Source of the DNA: an uncultured bacterium
GTDB taxonomy: Bacteria > Sysuimicrobiota > Sysuimicrobiia > Sysuimicrobiales > Humicultoraceae
DNA: 62,805 nt
NCBI GenBank assembly: GCA_964526945.1
Contig: CAZGNA010000001.1
Coordinates: 1 to 62,805 of the forward strand
Direction of reading: 5' to 3'
The position numbers and the translations under genes are program-made. This document shows positions 38,725 to 46,439 of this stretch, in pieces; the stretch's first letter is position 1, and each line of letters starts with the position of its first letter. Below the pieces are notes generated by a model that did no database searches, was not told where the DNA came from, and worked only from the letters and a program-made list of their open reading frames with translations.

Positions 38725-39519
38725 TCAGGGGCCCGGCACTTCCTCCAGGAACGTCCGCACGGCCTCCGTGAACACCTCGGGCCGCTCCAGGTTGCTCAGG
38801 TGGCCCGCGGCGGGGATCACCACGAGCGCCCGCGGGGAGTGGCCGTGGCCATCGTCCGGGCGACCTCGGGCGGGCTTAACGTGTCTTCCTCGCCGACGAG
38901 CACGAGCACGGGGACGGTCAGGCGCGGGAGCAGTGGCCGGCTGTCCGGACGCGCGGCCATCGCGGCCAGCGCCGCGGTCAGGCCCCGGGGATGGGCATCG
39001 GGCCATGGCCCGGACGGTCTCCAGGACCGCGCTCCCGCGCGCCCGGGTGGTGGCTCCCACGAGCGTGGCCGTGAAGTCGGCCAGGAACCCGTCCGGTCCC
39101 TCGCGCTCGATGCGGGCGATCGCGTCGAACCGACGCTGCCTGCCCTCGTCGGTATCGGGGTCGGCGCGGGTGTCGGCGAGGATGACCGCGGCCACGCGGT
39201 CCGCAGCCCTCGCCAGGACACGGAACACCACGTAGCCGCCCATGGAGAGCCCTCCCACCACGAACCGCGACAGCCCCAGGGCATCGGCCACCCGCAGGAC
39301 GTCGTCGGCATAGGCGTCGAGGGACACCGGCGCGCCCGGCGGGTCGGAGCCGCCAAAGCCGCGGAAGTCGGGCGCAACCACCTGCCAGCCGTCTGCCAGC
39401 GCCTCGCCCTGGACGCGCCACATCGCCCCGCTCAGCGGAAACCCGTGGAGCAGCACGACCGGCGGGCCTTTCCCCCATGTGTGGACACAAAGGCGCTCGC
39501 CATTCACCTCGAGGTACAT
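38725..39519 (-). CDS. alpha/beta-fold hydrolase with an internal out-of-frame segment
   Basis: ATG at 39519 follows GGGAGGAGGAAG. It reads VVLLHGFPLSGAMW, with nucleophile elbow GLSMGG and C-terminal AAGHLSNLERPE. About 56 central codons read correctly only in the frame of ORF 38817..39377 (see findings). Confidence 0.75.
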   Translation of the reverse strand: MYLEVNGERLCVHTWGKGPPVVLLHGFPLSGAMWRVQGEALADGWQVVAPDFRGFGGSDPPGAPVSLDAYADDVLRVADALGLSRFVVGGLSMGGYVVFRVLARAADRVAAVILADTRADPDTDEGRQRRFDAIARIEREGPDGFLADFTATLVGATTRARGSAVLETVRAMARCPSPGPDRGAGRDGRASGQPATAPAPDRPRARARRRGRHVKPARGRPDDGHGHSPRALVVIPAAGHLSNLERPEVFTEAVRTFLEEVPGP

Positions 39520-39838
39520 CGTCGCTTCCTCCTCCCGTCCGTGGCGCAGCGGCCGCGACGCCGCCCCGGGGCCGGGAACGGGTAGTCGGGCAGGTCGCCA
39601 CACCGAGGCGTCGCGCCGCAGGCGGGGACCATCCCTGCGTCTTCCGACAGGCGGCACCGGCGTCCGAGCGCAGGGTGTCACCTGCTGGATAGCATACTGC
39701 CTCGTGCGCGCGACATCCCGTCTGCATCTCGCGTGCACCCGTTTGACGGCCGCGTGCCCCTGTTGCCCCGGGCGCTGTGTCACCGTGGGCGGCGTCAGGC
39801 ATGGTGGAACCACCGCCAGGTGCATCCGGAGGTGCAGC

Positions 39839-40546
39839 ATGTCGCAGCCAGCGCAGCTGGTCGAGAGCTACCTGCCCCTCGTCCGCGCCATCGCCCGGAT
39901 GGTGGCACGGCGGTTGCCGTCCACCGTTGATCGGGGCGACCTGATCGGCGACGGAATGGTCGGCTTGATGGAGGCGGCGCACCGCTTCGACCCCCACCGT
40001 GGCGTGGGGTTCAGCGCCTACGCCGGCTACCGCATCCGCGGAGCGATCTACGACGGCTTGCGGGCGCGTGATTTCTTGCCGCGCGCGGCCCGCCGCGCCC
40101 TGAGAGCGACCGGCGGCCCGCCCCCCGTGCAGCTCGTCGAGTTGGAGCAGGCTGCCATGCTCCCCGACGACGCCGACGACCCCGAAGCGCTGGCGCTCGA
40201 GGCCGACCTGCGGGCGCGGGTCTGGCGCGGCCTGCTGGCGTTGCCACCGCGCGACCGCGAGGTGCTCACCTTGCGGTTCGTCCGGGGGCTGTCGGTGCGG
40301 GGCGCCGCTGTGGCCATGGGGCTGTCAGTGACGCGCGTGCTGGAGATCCAGCGGCGCGCCCAGCACCGGCTGCGGCGGTTCGTCGATGGTGAGGCGGTCG
40401 GTACGTCGCTGGCCTGCGCCGGTGGGCAGGAGCCGCGCCGGCACGCCCCGAATGGGAGGTGTGCCGCACGGCACGCCTCATCCGTCGACCCGTCGGTCCG
40501 TGCTCCGACGAGGCGAGCTCCGGCGGCCCCCCGTCCGTCCCGCTGA
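39839..40546 (+). CDS. sigma-70 family sigma factor, group 3 (FliA/WhiG/SigB-like) with ~55-aa unrelated C-terminal tail
   Basis: Region 2 is DLIGDGMVGLMEAAHRFDPHRGVGFSAYAGYRIRGAI. Region 4 is LPPRDREVLTLRFVRGLSVRGAAVAMGLSVTRVLEIQRRA. ATG at 39839 lies 6 nt after GGAGG. Confidence 0.85.
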   Translation: MSQPAQLVESYLPLVRAIARMVARRLPSTVDRGDLIGDGMVGLMEAAHRFDPHRGVGFSAYAGYRIRGAIYDGLRARDFLPRAARRALRATGGPPPVQLVELEQAAMLPDDADDPEALALEADLRARVWRGLLALPPRDREVLTLRFVRGLSVRGAAVAMGLSVTRVLEIQRRAQHRLRRFVDGEAVGTSLACAGGQEPRRHAPNGRCAARHASSVDPSVRAPTRRAPAAPRPSR

Positions 40547-40592
40547 GGCATCCGGCCTGGTTGGGATCCAGGCCGGCCGAGCGTGAGGGCCC

Positions 40593-41300
40593 GTGACGCG
40601 CGACCGACGCCGGGCATCGGCGCTGTCCGCGCTGCGCGGCTTGCCGCACTGGCAGGCGCGGGCGCAGGTCCACGCGTTGGCCAACGCGCTGGCCGCCACG
40701 GCCCTGCTTGCGCGACGTCGTCCGGAGGCAGCCGAAGACCTGTTGGCGCACCTGGCCGGCTACCTGCGTGGATTGCTCCAGCCTGCGCGGCCGGTCGTGC
40801 CGCTTGCGCAGGAGATCCGCCTCGTGCTGGCCCTCGTGGGGGTGGAGCGGGCGCGCCTGGGCGGGCGGCTGCGCCTCCACGTCTCGTGTTCGCCTGCGGC
40901 GATGGAGGCGCTGGTGCCGCCGCTCGTCCTCCACCCGCTGGTCGAGAACGCCATCCACCATGCGGTGGTCCGACGCCCGGAGGGCGGCTGCGTGTGCGTG
41001 CGCGTGCGCCTTGCTGGAGGGCACCTGCTGCTGGCAGTGGCCGACGACGGCCCGGGCGTTGCGCGGCCGTTGCCGGCTCACACCGGTGGCGGGCTGGTAG
41101 CGCTGCGGGGGCGGCTGGCGGCGTTGTGGGGCGCGCGGGCGCGGCTCCGGGTATGGCGTCGGCGGCCGCGGGGCACGCTTGCGGTGGTGGTCGCACCGGC
41201 GACGTGGATAGCCCCTGGCAGGGACAGTCCCAGGACGCGGTACGTCGCGCGGCCACCGCACGGGGAGTCCGTGGGGCCTGTGAGGCCGGGAGGGCCGTGA
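40593..41300 (+). CDS. LytS/YehU-type histidine kinase core (His_kinase + HATPase_c), no sensor/TM domain
   Basis: QVHALANALAA...LAGYLRGLL...VPLAQEIRLV.A.V.VERARLG.RL...PPLVLHPLVENAIHH...VADDGPGV is present. Only about 15 residues precede the kinase core. Confidence 0.75.
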   Translation: MTRDRRRASALSALRGLPHWQARAQVHALANALAATALLARRRPEAAEDLLAHLAGYLRGLLQPARPVVPLAQEIRLVLALVGVERARLGGRLRLHVSCSPAAMEALVPPLVLHPLVENAIHHAVVRRPEGGCVCVRVRLAGGHLLLAVADDGPGVARPLPAHTGGGLVALRGRLAALWGARARLRVWRRRPRGTLAVVVAPATWIAPGRDSPRTRYVARPPHGESVGPVRPGGP

Positions 41301-41411
41301 GGACGAGGTGAGTCGCGCTATCCGCCCTGGGCGCCGACGGCACTGCCTGGTGCCCCACGGGGAGGACTGAGGACGAGGTGAGTCGCGCGCTCCGCGCCCT
41401 GGTCGCCGACG
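41298..41411 (+). repeat. duplicated kinase-stop / regulator-start segment (two ~43-nt copies, 70 nt apart)
   Basis: tgaggacgaggtgagtcgcgc occurs identically at 41298 and 41368. The next ~22 nt match apart from 4 substitutions and a 1-nt gap. Confidence 0.8.
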
Positions 41412-42244
41412 ACGAACCACCGGCCCGCGCGCACCTGTGCGGGCTGCTGGCGGCCAGCGGTGTGCGGGTCGTCGCCGAGTGCGCCTCGGGCCGGGAGGTG
41501 CTGGCGACGCTGGCGCGCGTGCCGTGCGACGTCGTCTACCTGGACGTCCGCATGCCCGAGGGGGATGGCGTGGAGGTGGCGCGTCACCTGGCGTCGAGTG
41601 CCCGCCCGGTGGTGGTGTTCACCACGGGGTTTGCCGACTACGCCGCCGCCGCCTACGAGCTGGATGCGGCCGACTACCTGCTGAAACCGCTGTCGGCTGC
41701 GCGGGTGCGCGAGGCGGTCCGTCGGGTGCGCCTGCGTCTGCGTCGGATGGCGAGCAGCCCCGCGGGGGCGACGGACCCCGTCGCCGGCGGCGTTGGCCGC
41801 CATGCGGGAGGCGGGGGCAAGTTGCCCCGACTCTTCCTGGCCGCGGGCGACCACCACCGCGCCGTGGCGCCGGAGGGGATCGTCTACGTGGAAGCGCGCG
41901 GTAGCACCTGCATCGTGTACGGGGACGCGGGGACCGTGACGGTCCGGGCGTCGCTGCAGCGGTTCGAGCAGGTGCTGGGCGCCTTCGGCTTCCTGCGTAC
42001 CCACCGCGCGTACCTGGTGAACCTGCGCCGGGTGCGCGCGCTGGTCCCGTGGTCGCGTCACGTCCACACCCTGGTGCTCGACGACGCGCAGGAGACGCAC
42101 GTACCGGTCGCCAAGTCACGGCTGGCTGCGTTTCGACGGAGCGTGATCTGGTTCGCGGCAGGAGGGGTGCATGGACCTGGGGTTGCGGGGGCGCGTGGCG
42201 ATCGTGGCCGGCGGGAGCCGGGGCCTGGGACGCGCGATCGCTGA
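41378..42244 (+). CDS. LytR/AlgR-family response regulator (REC + LytTR)
   Basis: ALVADDEPPAR...VVYLDVRMPEGDG...ADYLLKP is followed by LytTR: IVYVEARGSTCIVY...FLRTHRAYLVNLRRV. The 3' tail overlaps the SDR gene by 74 nt. Confidence 0.85.
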   Translation: MSRALRALVADDEPPARAHLCGLLAASGVRVVAECASGREVLATLARVPCDVVYLDVRMPEGDGVEVARHLASSARPVVVFTTGFADYAAAAYELDAADYLLKPLSAARVREAVRRVRLRLRRMASSPAGATDPVAGGVGRHAGGGGKLPRLFLAAGDHHRAVAPEGIVYVEARGSTCIVYGDAGTVTVRASLQRFEQVLGAFGFLRTHRAYLVNLRRVRALVPWSRHVHTLVLDDAQETHVPVAKSRLAAFRRSVIWFAAGGVHGPGVAGARGDRGRREPGPGTRDR

Positions 42245-42980
42245 AGGGCTGGCCGCCGAGGGCGTGCGCGTGGTGCTCTGCGCGCGCACGGCCGAGGTGC
42301 TGACCGCGACGGCGGCGGCGATCAATGCGACAGACGGGGTGCGCGAGGCCGGCGGCGAGGCCGTGCCGGTGGTTGCCGACGTCGGGCAGGCGGCCGATTG
42401 CCAGCGGGTGGTCGACGAGGCCCTGCGGCGGTGGGCGCGCGTCGACATCCTGGTGACCAATGCGGGTGGGCCGCCCTCGGGCCCGGTGGTGGCGGTCTCC
42501 GACGCCCAGTGGGAGGCCGCGGTGCAGTCGCTGCTGCTGGGCGCGGTGCGGCTGTCCCGCGCGGTCGTCCCGGTCATGCAGGAGCGCCGCTGGGGGCGCA
42601 TCCTCCACATCACCTCGTTCACGGTCAAACAGGTGCTGCCGAACCTGGTGCTGTCCAACGCGGTGCGCCTGGCGGTCGTGGGGCTGGCCAAGACCCAGGC
42701 GGTGGAGCTCGGGCCGCACAACATCCTGGTCAACGTGCTGTGCCCCGGGCCGATCACGACCGACCGTCTGGTGGACCTGACCCGCCAGTACGCGGAGCGC
42801 CAGGGCATCTCGACCGACGACGCCCTGCACCGCCTGTGGGTGTCGCAGGTGCCGCTCGGTCGGTTGGGGGAGCCGCGCGAGTTCGCCGCGCTGGCCGTCT
42901 TCCTGGCCTCCGAGCGGGCGTCGTTCATCACCGGCGGCGTCTTTCAGGTCGACGGGGGCGTGATCCGGGGGCCGTTCTAG
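42171..42980 (+). CDS. SDR-family oxidoreductase (FabG-like)
   Basis: VAIVAGGSRGLGRAIA, NAGGPP, and S..Y...K-type spacing with LAKTQAVELGPHNILVN are present. Confidence 0.9.
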   Translation: MDLGLRGRVAIVAGGSRGLGRAIAEGLAAEGVRVVLCARTAEVLTATAAAINATDGVREAGGEAVPVVADVGQAADCQRVVDEALRRWARVDILVTNAGGPPSGPVVAVSDAQWEAAVQSLLLGAVRLSRAVVPVMQERRWGRILHITSFTVKQVLPNLVLSNAVRLAVVGLAKTQAVELGPHNILVNVLCPGPITTDRLVDLTRQYAERQGISTDDALHRLWVSQVPLGRLGEPREFAALAVFLASERASFITGGVFQVDGGVIRGPF

Positions 42981-43306
42981 TGGCCGGCGACGCTTCCGCC
43001 GAGGTCGGCGCAGGCCCCCGGCACGTACCGCCGGTGGGTCTCCGATTCCAGGGATCGGCGGCGTCGTTGTTGGGTCGACACGCACGCTCGGTCGCCGCAG
43101 CTGGCGCGCTCCGGGGAGCCGGCGCCGCCATGGCGCGGTGGCCGTGCCGGTGGTGGACGCGCGCTGTGCTCAGGCTCGCCCGGCGCAGATGCGACTGCTA
43201 TACTCAGGAGGCGGCGCTGCGCTTAGCGGTGCGGGCTGGCGCAGCGAGCAGCGGGTCGCGTGTCGTGGCGAGCGGCTGTGTGTGCCACGTCGGCACGCCG
43301 CGGGCT

Positions 43307-43384
43307 GCCCCCATCGTCTAGGCAGGCCCAGGACACCGGTCTTTCAAGCCGGTAACGCGGGTTCGAATCCCGCTGGGGGCACCA
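43307..43384 (+). tRNA. tRNA-Glu (anticodon UUC)
   Basis: Manual cloverleaf: acceptor GCCCCCA/TGGGGGC, anticodon arm CCGGT-CTTTCAA-GCCGG, T arm GCGGG-TTCGAAT-CCCGC, encoded CCA. It resembles E. coli tRNA-Glu. Confidence 0.95.
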
Positions 43385-43709
43385 CCGACACTTGCTCCTC
43401 GGGCACCTCGTGAGACCGCTCGGTACCCGCGTCCCGGCACGACGCGCGCCGGGAGGAGGACCTCTGGGGCGCGGCGGGCGCTACCGGACCACCAGTCGAG
43501 CGAACTCCCCCCCACCGTACCTGTCGCCTAGCCCGCAGCCCTCGCAGACCAGGCCCGTGATCTGCTACAGAACTGCTACACGCCCGGGCGAAAGTCTAGT
43601 CGCCGCTTTAGGCGCGGTCAGCCACCGGACGCGGAGGGTGCGAGCTTGACACGGGCGGCGCAGCGTGTACCCTGCCCCCGGGCTAGACCGCTTGAGGGGG
43701 TGGGTGACC

Positions 43710-44174
43710 ATGTCGAAGTGGCACTACGACAACACCCCCGACGAACTCCGGGGCCGCCCGCAGTGGGTGTGCTGGCGGTACGAGGATCGCGCGGGGAAGA
43801 AGACGAAGGTCCCGACGGACCCACGCACGGGCGCTAACGCCAGCATCAAGGAGCGCACGTGGGACTTTGACACCGTGCGCGAGGCTGCCGACCAGCACGG
43901 CTGGGGCGTAGGCTTCGTGCTCAGGGAGGCAGACCCGTACGTGGCCTTCGACCTAGACGACGTGGTCGACGAGGCGGGGCAGGTCCAGCCCTGGGCCGCA
44001 GCCCTTGTGCGGGGGCTGGGATCCTACACGGAGCGAACCCCTTCTGGCCGGGGTCTGCGGGTTATCGTCCGAGGATCCCTGCCGCCCGGCAGCCGCCGGA
44101 AGCTGGGCAGCTATTTATCCACCCGTTCCGCCCGCCCCTTGAAGTGGTTCCGGGCATCCTGCCGGTCGGGCTAA
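43710..44174 (+). pseudogene. bifunctional DNA primase/polymerase (Prim-Pol) N-terminal fragment
   Basis: RGRPQWVCWRYE...KKTKVP...GWGVGFVL...YVAFDLDDVVD...SYTERTPSGRGLRVIVRG is present, then the sequence degenerates. ATG at 43710 follows GAGGGGG. Confidence 0.65.
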
Positions 44175-45456
44175 CGCTTCTGGCCGGACCGCCCAAGATC
44201 GGCAAGTCCTGGTTGGCGCTGCACGTGGCGGTGGGGGTCGCCTGCGGGCGCCCCGTGTTTGGCGATATCGCGTACTGGCCCGCCGGTCCGCGCGGCGTAC
44301 TGTGCCTGGCCCTGGAGGATAGCGAGCCTCGGGTGCGGAAGCGCCTCAGCGAAGTGGCGGACGACTACTTGGCACGGCTGGGGCGCTGGACGTTGGAGGG
44401 GCGGCCTCTGCCGGAGCCGATGCTCGAGGGCAAGCCGCTTCCGCAGCCGGAGCCCTGGTACAACACCCTTATGCCCCTGGCCCTGGAGATCGACACCCGC
44501 CTGGAGCAGGGCGAGACCGAGGAGGACATCGTCAAGGACCTGGGCCAGCGCGGCTACACGGCCAAGGAGATCCGGAACGCGCAGCGCGTGCTTGAGGAGG
44601 CGGACGATGCCGCCCTGCGGCCGATGCACCTGGCGATGCACCTGATGACCCGGGACCCGCTCGGCTTTCTGGACCGCTTTGCCGTGGCGTGTCGGGAGGC
44701 CCCGCCCGTGGACGAGCTGGTCGGCGCCCTCGACACGTGGCGCCAGCAGCACCCGGACCTCGGCTGGTCGTGGTGGACATCCTGGCCGGAATACGGCCGC
44801 GGGCCAAGCCCAACGTCAGCCTGTACCAGCAAGACATCGAGGCCCTCCGACCTCTGCGGGCGTGGGTGCACGAGGCAGAGGTCGCGGCCCTGGTCGTGCA
44901 CCACACGCGAAAGCGAGGAGCGGGCGGGGTGGCCGACGACCTCGTGGAGGCCGTCAGCGGAACCATGGGGCTCCCGGGGACCGCTGACACGGTGTGGGGG
45001 CTACGGCGGAAGGGAGACCGGTACCTGCTGGAAGTGCTGGGGCGGGACGTGGAGGGCCGCACGCTCGAACTGGAGGGGCCCACGGCGTGGCGCGTGATAC
45101 CCTCTGGCGAGGGGCAGGGGGACGCGATTCTGAACTTCGTCCGCGGGCACCGGGGGTGCACGGAGCTGGACATCAAGACGGGGATGTCCGGCGACAACAC
45201 GGAGATAGCCAAGGCCCTGCGTGCCCTGGTGAACCGCGGGGTAATAAGGCGCGAGGGCACGGGCAGGAAGGGGCCGCGGCCACCCAAAGTACCCGACGGC
45301 GCAAGAAGCCGCCGTGGTTTCCGACCCTTAGCTTGCCGGGCAGAAATATGGAGGCGGACGAATGGCCTGCAAGTGCGGCCGTCAGCCGATAGCCGGGGAA
45401 GTCATGAACGCGGTGTCGTTTCCTCCGCACCACGAGGAACTCGCAGCTGCCCTTGA
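44144..45456 (+). pseudogene. AAA_25 / RepA-like RecA-fold helicase, frame-disrupted
   Basis: The first frame gives LTLLAGPPKIGKSWLALHVAV...VLCLALEDS. The second frame gives LVVVDILAGIRP...AALVVHHTRKRG...GLPGTADTVWGLRR plus a C-terminal wHTH-like end. The switch is near 44759-44763. Confidence 0.7.
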
Positions 45457-46267
45457 ACACGCCGCCCGCCACGGGACGCTGGCGGCTCTGCAGCGCTCCA
45501 CGCCGGGCGAGAAACCGCGGACGAACCCCTGGCTGCCAGATCCGTTGAAGTGGTGGATTTTGCCCATGATGTCCAGGAAGACGGCCATACAAATGGGGAT
45601 GACGACCCTGCGCGTCCTCTACATGTTCTTGGCAGTACTGCGCCCACTGAGAATCCTCAGGGCAGTCCGGTGTCTAGGCGAGAGTCAGTTGCCCACGCAG
45701 GTGGTAGTCGACGCCGTGGTCCTGGCAGCCATGGAAGGCTACAGGATCAGCTGGAACTTCGACGAGCCCGACATGCCTTACTGGTGGTACTTCGAGGCCG
45801 ATGGCTCGTACTTCTGGGTTTGCGAGCACGGAGAGGGATCCCTCGTCACACCCAGCGAGCTGTTCAGTCGTCGCAAGCCGTTTCCCTGGTTGTTCCTGGA
45901 TCGGCCACATAGCCAGTGGATGACCGTCAGCTATCCCGCCCGATACATGGAGCTGAAGCCGCAGTTCCATCCGACCTTCGACTACCCAGCGTACCGCATC
46001 CCGTCTCGGTGCAGGGAGTTGGTCTTTGACCCCGACCGCGAGCGTTTCTTCCTGCTGCGGGTCTCGGGAGGGGCATCGCGGAAGATCAGCGTCGAGGAGC
46101 TGCCGGGTTACACTTCCGGGGACGACGAAGAGTGGGGCGCCCTGGGCAAGGGGCTCCGGAAAGTGGTGAGGCTCCTCCGGCCTCCCCGGTCGTCGCACGG
46201 AGACTGGCTGGCCTGCGCCCGGGAGGCAGGGGAAAGACTGGCCAGGCTCGCGGGGCACCAGGGTTGA
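45404..46267 (+). CDS. orphan hypothetical protein (Trp/Phe/Tyr-rich, one hydrophobic segment)
   Basis: ORF 45362..46267 has no recognisable motif and lower GC than the flanks. The start is uncertain (45362, 45404 or 45566). Confidence 0.4.
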   Translation: MNAVSFPPHHEELAAALEHAARHGTLAALQRSTPGEKPRTNPWLPDPLKWWILPMMSRKTAIQMGMTTLRVLYMFLAVLRPLRILRAVRCLGESQLPTQVVVDAVVLAAMEGYRISWNFDEPDMPYWWYFEADGSYFWVCEHGEGSLVTPSELFSRRKPFPWLFLDRPHSQWMTVSYPARYMELKPQFHPTFDYPAYRIPSRCRELVFDPDRERFFLLRVSGGASRKISVEELPGYTSGDDEEWGALGKGLRKVVRLLRPPRSSHGDWLACAREAGERLARLAGHQG

Positions 46268-46439
46268 ACCGAGCTGTGAGCCAGGGGCAAGGCAGAACGT
46301 GCACTCCGAGGGCACGCGCCCCACGGGCAGCGGAACCACCGCGGCAGGAGCGGCCCGCGACTCCCGCGAAGGCGCCTGCGGCGTCAGCGCGTGGCCACCG
46401 TGCGGCGCGCCGGAAACCGGAGGACGAGGGGTGGGGGCG

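Larger units (their letters stand above)
43385..46290 (+). mobile_element. remnant of a tRNA-Glu-associated integrative element (Prim-Pol + AAA_25 replication module, orphan cargo; no integrase seen)
   Basis: It starts immediately 3' of the tRNA. It carries replication-type genes typical of integrative elements or prophages, broken over three frames. The 45.5-46.1 kb part is visibly more A/T-rich than its surroundings. The right boundary is uncertain. Confidence 0.5.

Noticed and set aside
43138-43306. A TATACT box at 43199-43204 as a possible promoter for tRNA-Glu.
   Set aside because: No acceptable -35 box is present. It would also leave a ~100-nt leader, which is atypical for a tRNA.
46249-46262. 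GGGGCACCA, which matches the 3' end of tRNA-Glu (TGGGGGCACCA), as a possible attR of the island.
   Set aside because: Only 9 nt match and the flanks are not collinear with the tRNA. A match of this length is expected by chance in GC-rich DNA. The island boundary therefore remains undefined.
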